A stretch of 64,000 bases of DNA, taken from NCBI GenBank assembly GCA_001724265.1, contig MEDY01000660.1:124001-188000 (forward strand), read 5' to 3'. The notes beneath the pieces were generated by a model. The model was given only the letters and a program-made list of their open reading frames with translations. It did no database searches and was not told the DNA's origin. Made by a program: the position numbers and the translations under genes. How positions within the stretch are numbered: the stretch's first letter is position 1; each line of letters opens with the position of its first letter. Below are positions 11,807-25,200 of the stretch, in pieces. This DNA comes from Rhizaria sp. SCN 62-66 (lineage: Eukaryota).

Positions 11807-14800
11807 TCATGCCCGTAAGTACAAATAAACAATCGTGCTCGACAGTGCTTGCTCCTGCTCCTTCTGTCCTTGCGCGAGCTTATGTGTCGACTTCCCATTC
11901 ATAGAAGTTTCAGAGGTTACAATAGCACTATCCAGCTGCACATCTTCGCTGGTATCGGCGCTGTCCGTCATCCTCGCCCGCCGAGAGACGTGGTATGCAG
12001 CGTTGCCGTCAGTCGCTCCACTGTTAGTCGCGTCACTTTGGGGCGCGTTAGCATCCGCAGTTGCCATGCCTGTCTCCGTGGTGTTATCGTCGCCGGTGGT
12101 CTCAATGTTAATGACAGAGGCGCTGCGCTTGTTGCTGCGACAAACAGCAGCACTGCTCGTGCGACCCGTCCTCGTGTTGCTGTTGGAGAGGAGCAGTGTG
12201 CGCAGCAGCCGGCACTCAATCCCACACGCACTAGCACTTGCGTTGCTGTCGCTGCTGCCGCATTGACAGAAGCGGGGGATGATTCTCACAGTCATCGGCA
12301 CAAACGCGTCAGTCCTACCAGTCGCCGCAGTCGCGCCATCAATCGCGCTGTGGCTACTTGCAGCCGCTGCCGGGGCTCGGGCTCGCTGCTGTTGTTGCTG
12401 CTGTTGTAGTGAAGGGCCAGGGGCCACAGCGGTGACCGCGTTAGTGGCTCGGTCAGGCCGGGCCAGGAAGGCAGGCAACTTCTGCGTGGCCGCCACCGCC
12501 GCCGCTGATGGTGCTGCTGCTGCTGGTGCTGCAGGTGTTGCAGCTAGCACAGCTGGCGCCGACGCTGCTTGAGTGGGATTAGGAGCCGAACTCGAGCTCG
12601 CGGTCACTGACTGTGACTGCGTCTTTTGAGTCTGGAGTGAATATAAACGAGCGCGCGCTGCCGAAGCAACAGCCGTAGAGTGCCACATCGCGCATACTGC
12701 AGCGGGCACGCGCAGTGTCCCCACCAGACGCAGACTAAGCGCGCCGTTCGACCGTGTCAGCGCCCCCTTCGATGCGGCCGTAGTCGAGGCGGGATCAGGC
12801 ACCCACGTCACAGGAAACGACAAAGACGGCAGCGGCTGCCCCCGAGTTGAAGACTGCGAGTCATGGATTTGTAGTTGTGAGCGCGACTGTGGCTGCGGGA
12901 CTGAGACACGAGCGCAGAGAGTGACCGTGAGCAGCGCTGCCGCAAAGCCAAGCAGCCGGAGCTCGCCATCACCACTATCGCCATCGATGTCGTCATTAAA
13001 GACACCAGAAGAAGCCCCCTCGCCGTAGCCACGCGCGATAAGCGGCGCGACCGCGGCGGCGACTGCAGGGATCTGAGACAGCTTCCGTAGCACGGCCGGC
13101 CTGACTGTCAGCGCGAGCGCAAGGGGCACTGTGAGCGCGGCAGGGGATGAGGCGCGGAGCGAGAAGGCCGGGGACAGAAACGGCAGGCGCGCTGGGGCGC
13201 CGTCCAGAGTGGGGACGGGCGGGGTGTGTGAGCACGAGAGCCAGACCTGCGGTTATGGTCACAATCAGATAAGAGTGAATATGAGCGACTACAAATAAAA
13301 ATGTTTCAGCATAGGTTTACAATTATTAAATAACATAGTATATCGCAGTGAGATGTAAATTTAGTTTGATATTGTCAAAGAGTTAACGATATAATCATTT
13401 GCGTACCTGTGCTGTCGTTGCAACACCAAACGGGTTGTTCACGTTCCCGCTTGAGCTCATGTTGGTGTTGATGTTGGCGCTAATGCGGAACAATCCTGAC
13501 TGGCAAAACGGCTGCTGCGGCCCCAGCCACGGCGCAACCGCGTCAGCCCTCACGTCCACACTCACTCCACGCTGACTGCTGCTGTACGTGTCAGTCTCAG
13601 CTCTTGCCTCACTGTTACTGTGCGGGAACGGCCCCCATAGCGCGGCGTCCGCCCTGCCCGCAACCTGCCGACTAGCGCCCCTGGGCAGCACGCCTGCGGC
13701 CTCCGCCGCCGCGACCGCGCCGGCGACGGTGAGCAGCGAGGCCAGGTACACGGGGTTGCGGCCGTGAGCGCGCGCAGGGACGACGAGCTCGACCAGCGCC
13801 CCGTGGTGGCGGCTCCGCAGCACCACGCCCGCCGCGGCGGCGAGCTCGGCCGCCGTGCTCCCGTGAGCCGCAGCAGTGGCACCAATGGAGCCGGTGTTGG
13901 CGTTGATGCTCGTGCCCGCGTTCGCGGCAGTGGGCGGGCCGCTCATGCTTGCACCTGCGTTTGCGTTCATGTTCATAATATTCATCACAGCAGTCCCACT
14001 TGCGCTCGCACTCGCACTTCCGCCGCGAATGCCGCGAGAGCTGGAGCCAGCGTTTGCGCCACCAGCGCTCGTGATGGTACTGACAGCGCTCGCGTTGATG
14101 CTGATGTCGTTCGTGTTGGAGAGCGAGACAAGCCCGAGCTTGATGTGGTCGAACACGCATGCGCCGTGCCCGCCCGCGGCCGCCGCAGCCTTGGCCCTGA
14201 CTGCGTTCACGCGCGTCGCAAGCGCAAACAGCGCAGCAACGTTCGTTCGTGCCTCGCTTTCCGCGCGCGCACGCGTGGTTCCGAAAAAGTACTCCGCGCC
14301 CAGCGCCGCCACCCAGTGCGGGTTGCGCGCGCCGAGGGCCGAGAGACAGGCGCGCGCGAGGGGCGCGTCGCCGGGCCGGTCGGACAGCGCGCGCGAGAAG
14401 CGGCGGTCGGCGGGGCAGTACGGGAGCGAGACTGCGGGGGCCGCGGGCGACTGGGAGGAGGACAGGGCCGAGTGGAGGGACGGGCGAGGTTGCGAGCGCG
14501 AGTAGGTCGCGGCAAACGTCGCAGACGCCAGAGACAATTCTTCACTGACACTGTGTTGTTGCTGCTGCTGCTGATGGTGTTGTTGCGCAAGCGTGGTATT
14601 CGGCTGAGAGGGCAGGTGCCAGTGCTGCTGCGGATGGGTCAGGGCCAGCCGCTCGGGGCTCAGCGCCCACACGCCCGCCAGCGCGCCCTGCGGTGGCGCG
14701 TAGCACGCGCGGCACAGTGCGCGCACGACGGCGCTGTGCGCGGCCAGGAACGCGCGCGCCGAAAGGAATCGGCTGTGGGCCAGCACGGCAAAGGCGTGCG

Positions 14801-17800
14801 CGCGCGCCGCGGCCGAGGCGGCCTCGAGCCCGGCCGCGACCACGCGCGTGTGCGCGAGGCCGAGCGGGAGCCCGCCGCCGATACGAAGAGGGATGCTGGC
14901 GTTATCGCCGTTGCTGTCGTTGCTGCCGATGTTGCTGTGGCTGACGGCTGACATGGCGCGGGGCGCGGCGGCGCAGAGGGCGCGCGCGGCGGAGCGTGCG
15001 ATGGCGGGGCTGTCGTCGGTGAGGGCGTCGCACAGGTCGCGCAGCAGCAGCTGGGTGGCCACGGTCACAAAGGCACGCACGCGCAGTGTGTCACTGCTTT
15101 GCTGAGATTGAGACTGAGACTGGGACTGAGACTGCTGTTTCAGTTTGAGCATCTCCTGCTGTTGCGAGAATTGCAGCATCGACCGCAGCACCCTGCCTTT
15201 CACCCGCACGCCGGCAGCGCGCACCGCAGCGGCTTCGTCCTCGCCGGCGGTGACCAGGGCGCCGGACGTGGCGACGGAGGCGTCGCGCAGCGCGGCCAAG
15301 GGCAGGTCCGCGCCGCCGGCCCCGTCGTAGGGCGCGGGGGCCGCCAGCGCAGCTCCGGCGGGGTAGGCCGCCGAGGGGGCGAGCGGGAAGCCCAGGCGGG
15401 TGTTGTTCACACTCGCACTGCTAGTCTTGATAAAGTTCGTGTTGGGGGCGACAGGGTGCAAGACGGGGACGGTGGCGTGGGCGGGATGCAAGCGCGACAC
15501 AGCAGCAAAAGTAGCAGGATTAGCAGCAGAGCTTGAAGCAGGGGTGTTCTCGTTGTCATCGTCGTCGTTGTCGTTATTCGCAGCGTGACTGACGTTCGAA
15601 GTGGAGGCGAACAGAGGCGTCACTGGCCACTCTACAACACGAGCCTTGGTACTGTTAACAGCAGAACTGCTTAGAGATAAGCCGCCTTGCTCTTTGTTCG
15701 CGGAAACAGTCCCAAAGCTGAGCCCGCCGTCCGCGATCGCCGCCCTGGCCCCGCCGGCGGCGGCGGCCGCCTCTGCTTCCGCCGCGGCGGCCGCATCGAG
15801 TCGCTTGCGGTACGCCGCGCCGCGCGGCGCCGTGTCGGTGATGAGGTCGTGCTTGCGGCCCTGCCCGGAGCGGTTGTTCATGATGTCGGCCACAGAGGCA
15901 GACTTGCTGTTGCCTGTAGTCAGGCCGAAGCTGCCCGCGCTGTTGCTGCTGCTGCTGCTGCTGGTGTTGATGACCGAGGTGAGTCGGCTCGAAGCCATGT
16001 CGTCAGCCTCAGCCTCCAGCCCGCCTCCAGCTACAGTCTTCTTCTTCTGACCGCTCGCACCAGCGCTGGCACTGGCGCTGGCACTGGCAGCAGAGGCAAC
16101 TGGGGGCGCGAGAAGCCCCGTGTCGCGCCGGTACCCCGCCCTGTTTTGCCTCGCCACGCTCTCGTCGCTGTCGCCGAAAACGAGGACAGCGAGACTCTCG
16201 ACGAGTGCTTTGCCGTTAGATGACAGAGCAGCTTCGTAGCCGTCCTCCTCCTCGGCCTCAGCTTGTGCTTCCGACATTGTCGCCGTTGTGTTCGAGTTAT
16301 TGCTGTCCATGACCACAGTCGCTGACTCCGCCAGCGCCCTCGCGGCGGCCATCGCGGTGCCTACGGTCACGTTGCCGGCCGCGGCGTCGGTCCACGCTTC
16401 GGTCAGCGGGCGCTTCACCAGCGCGCCCGCGAGCGCTGCCGCAGTGACCGTGGGCAGCCCCGCCACGGCGCGAACGGCCGCCGCGCGAGTCAGCGGGTCG
16501 CGGTCGCCGGCGCGCGTGCTCAGGAGCAGGAACACCACCTCGGACAGCGGCACCAGCGCGGACGCAGCGTCAGAGTGGCGACTGCTGACACCGTCCAAGG
16601 GGGCGTTGTGTTCAGCACCGGTGGCAGTGGCGGTGACGTCCATCGAGAGCGCGAGTGCCTCGATGCGCGCGCGCGGCAGCGAGACGACGGCGGCCGCGTT
16701 GTCCCGCGCGAGCGCGGCGCAGAGTGCGATGCCGGCGCGGTGCAGGTGCGGCGCGCCGTCGTGGTGGGCCCACAGCAGGGCGCGGGCCGCAGGTAGCAGG
16801 GACGGGCTCAGGCGGAACAGAGGACAACGCACGCTCGCGCGAGGGTTGTTATAAGCGTTGTAGCAGCGTGTGCGGTAGTGTAGCAGCGCCGTGGCCGCCG
16901 CAAGGGAGACGGCGGGTGCGGGAGAGAGCAGAAACCGCGCTAAGTGAGCCTGCAAGTGCCGCGGCGAGTGCTGGCGCGGCAGCCTCTGAGACAGGTTAAG
17001 TGCGTCCTGAGAGTGAGGCAGAGGAAGCGGCGCAATGGCGGAGGCGAGCGCGACTGCAGCGGCGGCAACTGAGTTGTCAGGCGAGTATGTGAGGGCAGAC
17101 AACCAGGACACACTTAGAACGGGCGCTGAGGGGTCCACCACGGGCAAGTCTAAGGAACGTAATAAGTGATCTAAGTAGTTCGGGCCAGTCGAAGATTGCG
17201 ATTGCGCGTTTGAGAGGATGAACCAGAGAGAGTTTGCAAAGCGCGTCGACGCAGTAAAACCGTTCGGTAATAAGCCAACAGCAACGGCGTTGCACAGCGC
17301 AGCTTCAACAGCAGCGCCAGTCAAAACAGACTTCGATCCAGAGCCAGAGCCAGAGCCCGATCCAGAGCGCGATTGTGAGCGTGACTGAGACTGTGTTGCG
17401 GTAGCGGTGAGCAACGCAAGAGACATCACGACACGCGCCGCACTCTCGCTCTCAAAGTCACCATCACCGCCACTTCCAGTAGTGTCAGAGCCCGCCTCAG
17501 CCTCAGTGACTTTGAGCAACGCACGCAGCGGGGCCAGAGCACTGGAGCCAAACGCGGGCGCAGTCGCGAGTGCGAGCGGTTCCGAAAAAAGAACGCCCTC
17601 AGGAAATACAAGCGCCGCGGCGGCATTGGCGCTGGAATCGTTGCTGCTGCCGATCGTCGACATGACCTCGGTTTTGACTACAACGGCGGCAGTTGAGCTG
17701 TTAAGCGGAACCTCACTCTTGACTGTAGGATGAACATCAGACGCAGACGACTTCACAACTTCGTCCTTGACGGAGGGCTCCAACTTCACACCATCTGCAG

Positions 17801-18923
17801 CAGTATCAGCATGCGTTGCGGCAACCACAGCTGAACTCCCAGCAGCACTGGCTGCCGTCGCCGCTGCTGCAGTGCTCCTGCTCTGATGCTGCCACTGCTG
17901 CTGCTGCTGCTGCTGCGGCGGTGGCGGCGGCGGTGCCCAGCCCCTCGCGGAAGTGATTGTGGCGAACCCCCTGGCGCGGTGACCGTGGGCGCCGGCCAGC
18001 GCCCCCGCGGCCACAGTCGCGGCGACGAGCCGCAGCCGGCGGGCCTCGGACAGCAGGTAGTGAGCGAGCGTGATACGAGGATGAGACTGTGATTCAGACT
18101 GAGCCTGTAACGGTGGGCTAAAGCCAGAGTTTGATAGAGGAGTATTTGCAGCGGTTGCAGTTGCTGCAGATGTTGCTAGCGTCATCGCAAGCGTTGGCAG
18201 TAGCGTTAGTAACTGTGGCAACATCCGCTGTGCCGTTGTGTGACTGCTCGCAGCATTTCCAGTGTTTGCCTTAACATTCGCGCTCGCGCTTGTATTCGTC
18301 GCTGTCAGCAGAGACAACAATGCGTCAATACAGAGTCCGACCACGTCCCACTGCCCGCAGTCGCCGTCGCACGGCTGCTGCTGCTCACAGCCACTGGCCG
18401 CCGCAGCGGCGCTGGAGAGCGCGATGCGCTGTGTCACCGAGAGCGCCGCGGTGGTCGGCGGCGGGTCCTGCCTGGGCAGCGTGGCGGTTATGCAGGCCGC
18501 AAGCCGGTCGGCGTACGCGGCCTGGCCTGCGGGGTCGCGCACCTTGAGTAGGGCCGAGGCCGCGCGGAGCAGCGCGCATGCGCGGGCGCGCGGGAGCAGG
18601 CACGCACAGAGAGGGCGGGAGTTGTCGTGGGAGGAGGTGTCAGCGAAAGAAGAGCTAACAATCTCATTTGCGCTCACTTTAGAGCTAGCACTCGCACTCG
18701 CGCTCGCTGTTGCTGACGAGGCCGCGGAGAGAGAGGAGATGCGCGATGCTAGAAGAGAAGGAAGACGCGAGGAGTCTGTGGGGCAGAGCAGGGTCAGCAC
18801 GCGCGGGCATTGCGACTGCGACAGTGATTGCGCCAACTGTTGAGGGAGCGGCTGCTGTGGCTGCGACGACTGACTGTCCGGTTTCCCAGGAGGTGCCCCG
18901 CTCGGAGGAGGATTAGATGACAT
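11807..18923 (-). CDS. INTS4: Integrator complex subunit 4-like HEAT-repeat protein (about 2318 aa) with low-complexity expansions; exons 18923-13407 and 13246-11807
   Basis: Ordered blocks GDRDPLTRAAAVRAVAGL..LVKRPL, SGALVTAGEDEAAAVR, DLCDALTDDSPAIA, YCPADR, LSALGARNPHWV and NPVYLASLLTV parallel the INTS4 blocks (DGSWVVRVQAA..LDKKL, GAFVHGLEDE..EVR, DMFNDE, KYPTDR, LGSRHP, DPAYIAVLVL). A phase-0 GTACGC...CGCAG intron joins the two long ORFs; TGA stop. Confidence 0.72.
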
Positions 18924-19683
18924 TGTATCGCGCGCGAGCGCCAGGCTGGGCACTGAGATCAAGGGATCGGGCTGTTATACTTGTCGAAGGGAGACAAGTT
19001 GAGCTCAGACGAAGAACTGAATTGAGGAGAGAAACAAAAGTGTGTGTGTAGAAGTACATAAGCAGTGTCTAGAAATGTTATTTAAAAGAGGAAAATAATT
19101 TGTACTATTCATAAGCATATCTTCACAGATTTTCGAGTAACGGAGTATACGCTGTGCACGCGATTGTTCGAGTTAGCCCTTCATGCCCAACATTGACTTT
19201 CAGTCACCTAGACCCAAACCAGCGGTTGCAATAAACGTTACCATGGTTATTACAGCGCGCTGTAACTCGTTCATTCCAAGATAATACCAAGTTTAATATG
19301 TTTCCAATGTTTTTGTATATCATATATCCAGGCATTAAAAGCGGTAGTACCTCGTCGTTCATCATTTATCACTGGATATCGTATTACTAGATCGTAGCAG
19401 TATCAGCGCTTTCTCCGCCTCAGCTTCGACAGCATCGGCATCAATCAAGCTTAGGACTGATCACTCTAATCCATTCTTCCCCCCACACATTTCAACTTGT
19501 CCTGATCGTCAAACGACCACGCAGTCTTAGTCACACAAAGAAAGACACAGACAGAGACACGACGGACGACATGCACATACTCTCATCTCGACAGCTAGTG
19601 TTCACTCCACAGCCCGTTCACAGAGAACCAGGGGGAGGCTCAGCTCGCTGTCGGACGGAGAGGGCTTGTTCGCTTGGGTCGCC

Positions 19684-21670
19684 TTAGAACATCTCGTAGT
19701 CGACGTGGAGGTCGACGATGGCCGCCATCTCGGCGTCGGTCTCCATCAGCGACTCGTCGATCGAGCTCAGCACGGGACTCGCAACCTCGGCGTCGGCCTC
19801 AGTCTCAGCCTCGGCCTCAGCGTCCTGCTCAGACTCGGCATCAGCATCAGCCTCAGCCTCGGCCTCGGCCTCAACCTCGGCATCAGCGTCAACCTCAGCA
19901 TCAGCGTCAACCTCAGCGTCAACCTCGGCATCAGCGTCAACCTCGGCCTCAGCCTCAGCCTCAGCGTCAACCTCGGCATCGGCCTCGGCCTCAAGCTCGA
20001 ACTCGGCCTCGGCGTCGACCTCGACGAAGGCACCGAACTCCTCGTCAGCGAAGAGGTCGGAGTCGGCCTCGGCCTCGATCAGGGAGGCCTTGGCGTCAGC
20101 AGGAGCCTTAGCGTCCTTAGTGGGAGCCTTAGCATCCTTGACGTCCTTCTTGTCATCCTTAGCGTCCTTGGCGTCAGCAGGAGCCTTAGGGTCCTTAGCG
20201 GGAGCCTTAGCATCCTTGACATCCTTCTTGTCATCCTTAGCGTCCTTCTTGGAGTCCTTAACGTCCTTCTTGGCGTCCTTCTTGTCATCCTTCTTGGGGA
20301 GGGCAGGAACCTCAGCCGCCTTTGCGACGGCGGCGGCGGCGGCAGCGGCGGGGGCGGCGGCAGGGGCCACCTTGGCGACCTCCTTGAGGGTCTCGGCGAC
20401 GGTAGCCTTGGCCTCGGCCTTAGCCTCAGTCTTGGCCTCGGTCTTGGCCTCGGCGGTCTCCTTCGCGACCTCCTTCTTGGCGGCGGCCTTGACGGCAGCC
20501 ACCTCAGCCTTCAGATCGGCGGCGGCCTCAGCCTTGGCCTCGGCCTTAGCCTCGGCCTTGGCCTCCGCCTTGGCCTCGGCCTTGATCTCCTCCACGGTCT
20601 TGGCACTGTCGGGGACCACAGCGGGCACCGGGAGGTCCTTGTCGGACGCGGGCGCGTCGGGCGCGGCGTCGGCGGCGTTGGCCGGCGCGGCCGCCGGGGC
20701 GGGGGCCTCGGCGGCCTTAAGCCCGGCCTGGAACGCGGCCCGAGCCTCGTCGGAGCGCAGGCGGTTGGCCGCCTCGCGGGGGTTGAAGGGCTTGACGCCA
20801 TTCTTCATGCCGCCGATGGTGGATGAGTAGTCACGCACGAGCTGCTGGAGCTTGCCTTGGGCAGTCTTGATCTTCTCCTCGTTGCTCTTGATCGTGATGC
20901 GGTTGTTCGAGATCGTGGCGCGCTGGGCGTCGATGGCCTCCTGCGCGCGCTCGATGGCGAGCTGCTGCGCCGCGACCTCCTGCTTGCGCTGGGCGATGGC
21001 CTCATCGAGCTTCTTGATCGCCTTAAGCTCGCCCACGACTTGCTTCGTCACGATGGGCTTGCTGGCGTCGGCGGCCGTGCCGGGGGGAAGACCCTTCTCG
21101 GCAGGGGGCGCCTTGTAGGGGTAGCGGCGGGCGGTAGTAGACTGCTTGGTGGCCGCGGCGGGCTTGCCCTTGCCACCAATCTGGCGAATGGCGGCGGGCT
21201 TGCCCTTACCACCGATCTTGCGAACGGTCGGCTTGCCCTTGCCGCCGATCTTAGCGGGGGTGCCCTCAGTGTCGGCATCGGCATCGGCGTCGGCGTCGAC
21301 CTCGACGAGCGACTCGGCCTCGGCGTCGGCCTCGGCGTCGATGAAGGACGCGGTGGGGTACACGTCGAGGATCTCGGCCGCAGCCTGGGCGACCAGGTCG
21401 GCGCTCGCGGAGGACACGGGCACCTGCACGGCGAGGATTCCGTGCGCGAACGCAAGCTGTACTCGGAGCAAAATAGTACAGAGTGCGTGTGCGCGCGAGA
21501 GAGGCGCATAGACGAAGAAAAGGCGGGCGAAAGGGGTGGAGGAAAGGAGATGGGTGAGGTGTGATTCAAGGGGATATTACGCGTCAGATTGATCGTTGAG
21601 ATGAGGTCTGAGAGAATTAAGAAATAGCTTGGGGACGTACCAATCCAATAAGATAGGCTGCAAACTTCAT
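19684..21670 (-). CDS. Secreted repetitive precursor protein (about 600 aa); exons 21670-21641 and 21456-19684
   Basis: The spliced N-terminus MKFAAYLIGL|LAFAHGILAVQVP is a signal peptide. Acidic (E/D)A tracts, IGGKGKP x3, a coiled coil, and AEAK and KD repeats follow. Very strong codon bias; TAA stop. Confidence 0.85.
20089..20244 (-). repeat. Coding tandem repeat, 2 x 78 bp (DAKDDKKDVKDAKAP.KD.KAPADAK)
   Basis: Near-identical units at 20089-20166 and 20167-20244. Confidence 0.9.
21160..21252 (-). repeat. Coding repeat (K/Q)IGGKGKP x3
   Basis: Three copies of ggcttgccctt(g/a)cc(a/g)cc(a/g)atct on the + strand. Confidence 0.85.
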
Positions 21671-22211
21671 AGTAAGTTGGCTTCCTTTCACACAGGCAAA
21701 AGAATCTGGCACTCAGTCCTCTGCTCTTGACCGGCCGGCTTACTACGATCGAGCTTCAGTCGGTCTCGATCGGTCACTTTTTGACGGCTGCCCCCCACGA
21801 AAAGTTAAGCCGCGAGCACGTTTGTGGTGCAATCAACATTTCGCAAGATTTCTACATTAGAATCAATTCTTATTAAAAATATGTAAGATATCATAAATTA
21901 CAAAGTATGAGCTACTATATATTACTGAGTAATATCGAAAACTTCCGTTGCGCTGCGTCTCAGTGATAAGATATTATATAATGTTGCCTCAACTGAAATG
22001 AAATGCCAAATTGTATATTTGACATGGGTGTTTTAACTAAATAGAAAATAAACACTTGAAGTGACAAGTATTTCACAAAGTCTAAGTATCTCTCGGTCAA
22101 TATAGACAATAATATCGCGACCTTACGTCGTATATTGTAAGTTTGTTGTTTGTTCATTGATGGACGGAGAGGTTGCGAACGAGTAAGAAGATGAACCTTG
22201 GTTTGTTGAGT

Positions 22212-25200
22212 TTAAGCTTTCTTGTTCTTGCTCTTACTCTTGGAAGCACTCTTTTTCTCAACATATTCCTCTTCTTCCTCCTCCTCTTCCTCGTCGTCGT
22301 CGTTGCCATCATCATCACGAGTGTTGCTCTTGCTGTTGTTGCTGCTGTTGCTGCTGCTGTTGTTGTTGTTGACATTGTTGTTCCCAGCGTCATTACCATT
22401 ATCATCGTCGTCGTCATCGTCGCTGGTCCCTGCCCACTCGTCGCTGTCGATGCCGTCGCTCTCACTGGCGCTGCTGCTGGCGAAGCTCGACTCGTCTCCC
22501 ATGCGCTCCACCTGCACCGCATCGACGTCCGCAGCGCCAAACTCGTCATCATCTTCGTCATCAGTAGCGCTACCCGTGTCATCATCATCATCATCGTCGT
22601 CGTCGTCGTCGTCGACGTCTTCATTGTCGTCGCCATCAGCCATCTTCTTCCCCTTGGCCGCTTTCCCTCTCGCGGCGGCGCTTCTCTCCGTCCCGAGCGA
22701 CGACTTCTCTTCTTCCCCAGCAGCTCTCGCCCTGCCTTTCCCGCCCGCGGCAGTTGCGCCGCCGCCGTCGCCGGGAAGCGGGTTCTTGCGCTTGCGGCCG
22801 CGCTTGCCGCCGCCACGCGGCACGGGCTTGCCGGCCGCCCGCAGCGCGCGCGCAACGGCGGCCCGCTCGCGCCGCTCGGGCTTGGTGCGCCGGTGCAGGC
22901 GCGCCGACTGGCGGCGCCGTTCGCGCAGCGCGCGCTCCTGCTCCCCGGGCCGCGCGGGCAGCAGCGGACGCAGCACGGCGTCGAGGCACTTGTCCGCCGC
23001 GGCCGCGGTCACACGCGCGAGCGACCGCAGCTCGGTCTCGGTCTGCGCGATCAGCAGCTCGGCCTGCAGCGCCAGCAGCGGCGCGGTGGCGCTCTCGAGC
23101 TCCAGCAGGCGCAGGGACTCGGCCGAGAGGGCCGGGGCTGGGAAGGAGGCGTTGACTGAAGCAGAGACTGATGATGATGATGATGAAGCAGAGACAGAGG
23201 CACTGTTGTTGGTGGTGGTGGTCGTGGTGCTGCTGTTGCTGTTGCTGTTGTCCGAGTGACGGCTTGCGTTGCGACTCGCGTTCGCAGTCGCGTCGTGGTC
23301 TAGGTGCGGGTCTAAGGGGTCGAACGCGGCCATGTCTAAGGGCTCGTGCGTCGGAGGCGGGGGGGCCACCGGCGGGCCCAGCAGACTGTCCAAGTCTAAC
23401 AGCGACGCAGAAGCTAAGCCGCCACCGCCGCCGCCGCCGCCACCACTATGCACAGGAGCGACGACAGAAGCTAAGCCGCCACGAGCAGAAGTTTGGCCGC
23501 CATCACCATTGGCATTAACGTTAGCACTCGCACGGGCGCGGTAGTTTGAGCCTGCGCTCGTGCTTGCGGTGGAGCTGCTGCTAACTCCACCAGCCGCCGC
23601 CGCAGCCGCTGCGAGAACGGCCGCGGCCGACACTCCACCCGCAGCGGTACCCGCACTGCTGCTGTTGTTGTTGCTGCTGTTGTAGTTCATGTTCGCGCGG
23701 CCGTGGGCGTGCGCGTGGGCGTGGGCGTGGCGAGCCGAGGCCGAGAGCGCCGACAGCCGCAGCAGATTGGCCCTCGCAGCGGAGCCGAAGAGCGCTGACA
23801 CCTCGGCCTCGTACGCGAGCGCGCGCCGCCGCAGCCCCAACAGCCGGCCGCCGGCTGCGAGCAGCGCTGCCGTCCCGGCCGCCGCGGCGTCGCCGTCGTC
23901 GTCCGCGTCGTCCTCGTCCTCGTCCTCGTCGCCGTCGTCGTCATCGTTGCCGCCCCCGCCGGCTCTGCCCTTCTTTGACGGCTGGGGCGGTGCCACTGCG
24001 CCCTGCATCAGCGGGTCGCTAAGCGCTTTGACCACCTCGGCGCTCATGAACACAGTCTCACCAGCATTCGCACCCGCATTCGCACTCGCGCTGCTAGAGG
24101 TGTTCGCATTGTTATTGCCGTTGTTGCTGTTTCTATTGCTATTATTAATTCTGTTGTTGTTGTTGTTGTTGGTGCTGTTAGCGTGCGCCTTGCTGCTAAT
24201 GTTGACCTTCGTGGTCCTCAGCACGGCCGCCAGCTCGCGCGGGCGAGGCCCCAGCATCGCACGGTCCAGCGCGTCGGCCACCACGAATAGCGGGCGCTGC
24301 GACCCCGCCACGGGCGCGGGCGTCGAGCGCAGGTCAAACAGACGCTGCGGCGGGTTCCCGGTAATCCGCACAGCGTTAACACCGCCGCCGCCGCCGATGT
24401 TGCCAGTGTCGCCCGCAAACGCACCAGCAGCAGCACCAGCAGCGTCACCATCATCGCCATTGTTGTTGTTGTTCCTGTCGCCGGCGCGCTAGGGCTGCTG
24501 CGGCCGGCCGGCAAAAACCTGCCTAAAGAGCGCGGAGGCGTCCTCGCGGTCGCCGCGCTGATCGAGATCGAGCCCCGAGTGCGGAAAGTAAGCGCCCTCG
24601 AGGCTGCACACGAAGCACTTGTGCGAAAGCAGGAATGTTAGCACGCGGCGCGGGTCCGTCAGGCGCCGCAGACGGAAGAACTCTTCGCGGCAGCGCTCAA
24701 GCACGGGCCACGCGGCCTGCGGCAGCAGCACGGGTTCGTGCGTGCGGCCCGGCGGCGGCGACTGCGTCACGAAGACGGTGTAGAGCATGTACACGGCCCA
24801 GATGCGCTGCTCGAGCGTCTCCAGCACGAGCATCCGGTCCGTGACGGCGCGGTACAGGTCCAGCACAAAGAGCCGGTAGTCCTCGCAGCCGGGCAGCGGC
24901 GGGTGCGCGTAGGCCAGGTTGCACGGCCGCGCGGGCACCGGCCGCCAGTGCTGCTTGAGCAGGCTCGCGGCGGCGGGCGCGGCGCGGTACGTCGAGCCGC
25001 TGCTGTGCACGCCCACGGGCGCCAGCGCGGTCGAGGTGGCCGCCGCAAAGGCGCCCGCAATGGCGGTCGGCAGAGCGGCCGCGGGGGACGACGAGGATGA
25101 CGTGTAGTAGGATGGGGAGAGCAGGAAACAGCTATGGAGCCGCGCCATACCGTAGTAGCGCCAGAGACGCTTGAAGTTCGCGTACGTGACGTGCTCGATG

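Noticed and set aside
19237-19250. X-box (RFX)-like GTTACCATGGTTAT upstream of the INTS4-like gene, and a weaker match near SPAG6
   Set aside because: The matches are imperfect and there is no evidence for RFX in this lineage from the window.
19790-20010. Regular 18-bp repeats considered as a CRISPR array or satellite
   Set aside because: They encode the AEVDAD acidic tract of the secreted protein, there are no spacers, and the context is eukaryotic.
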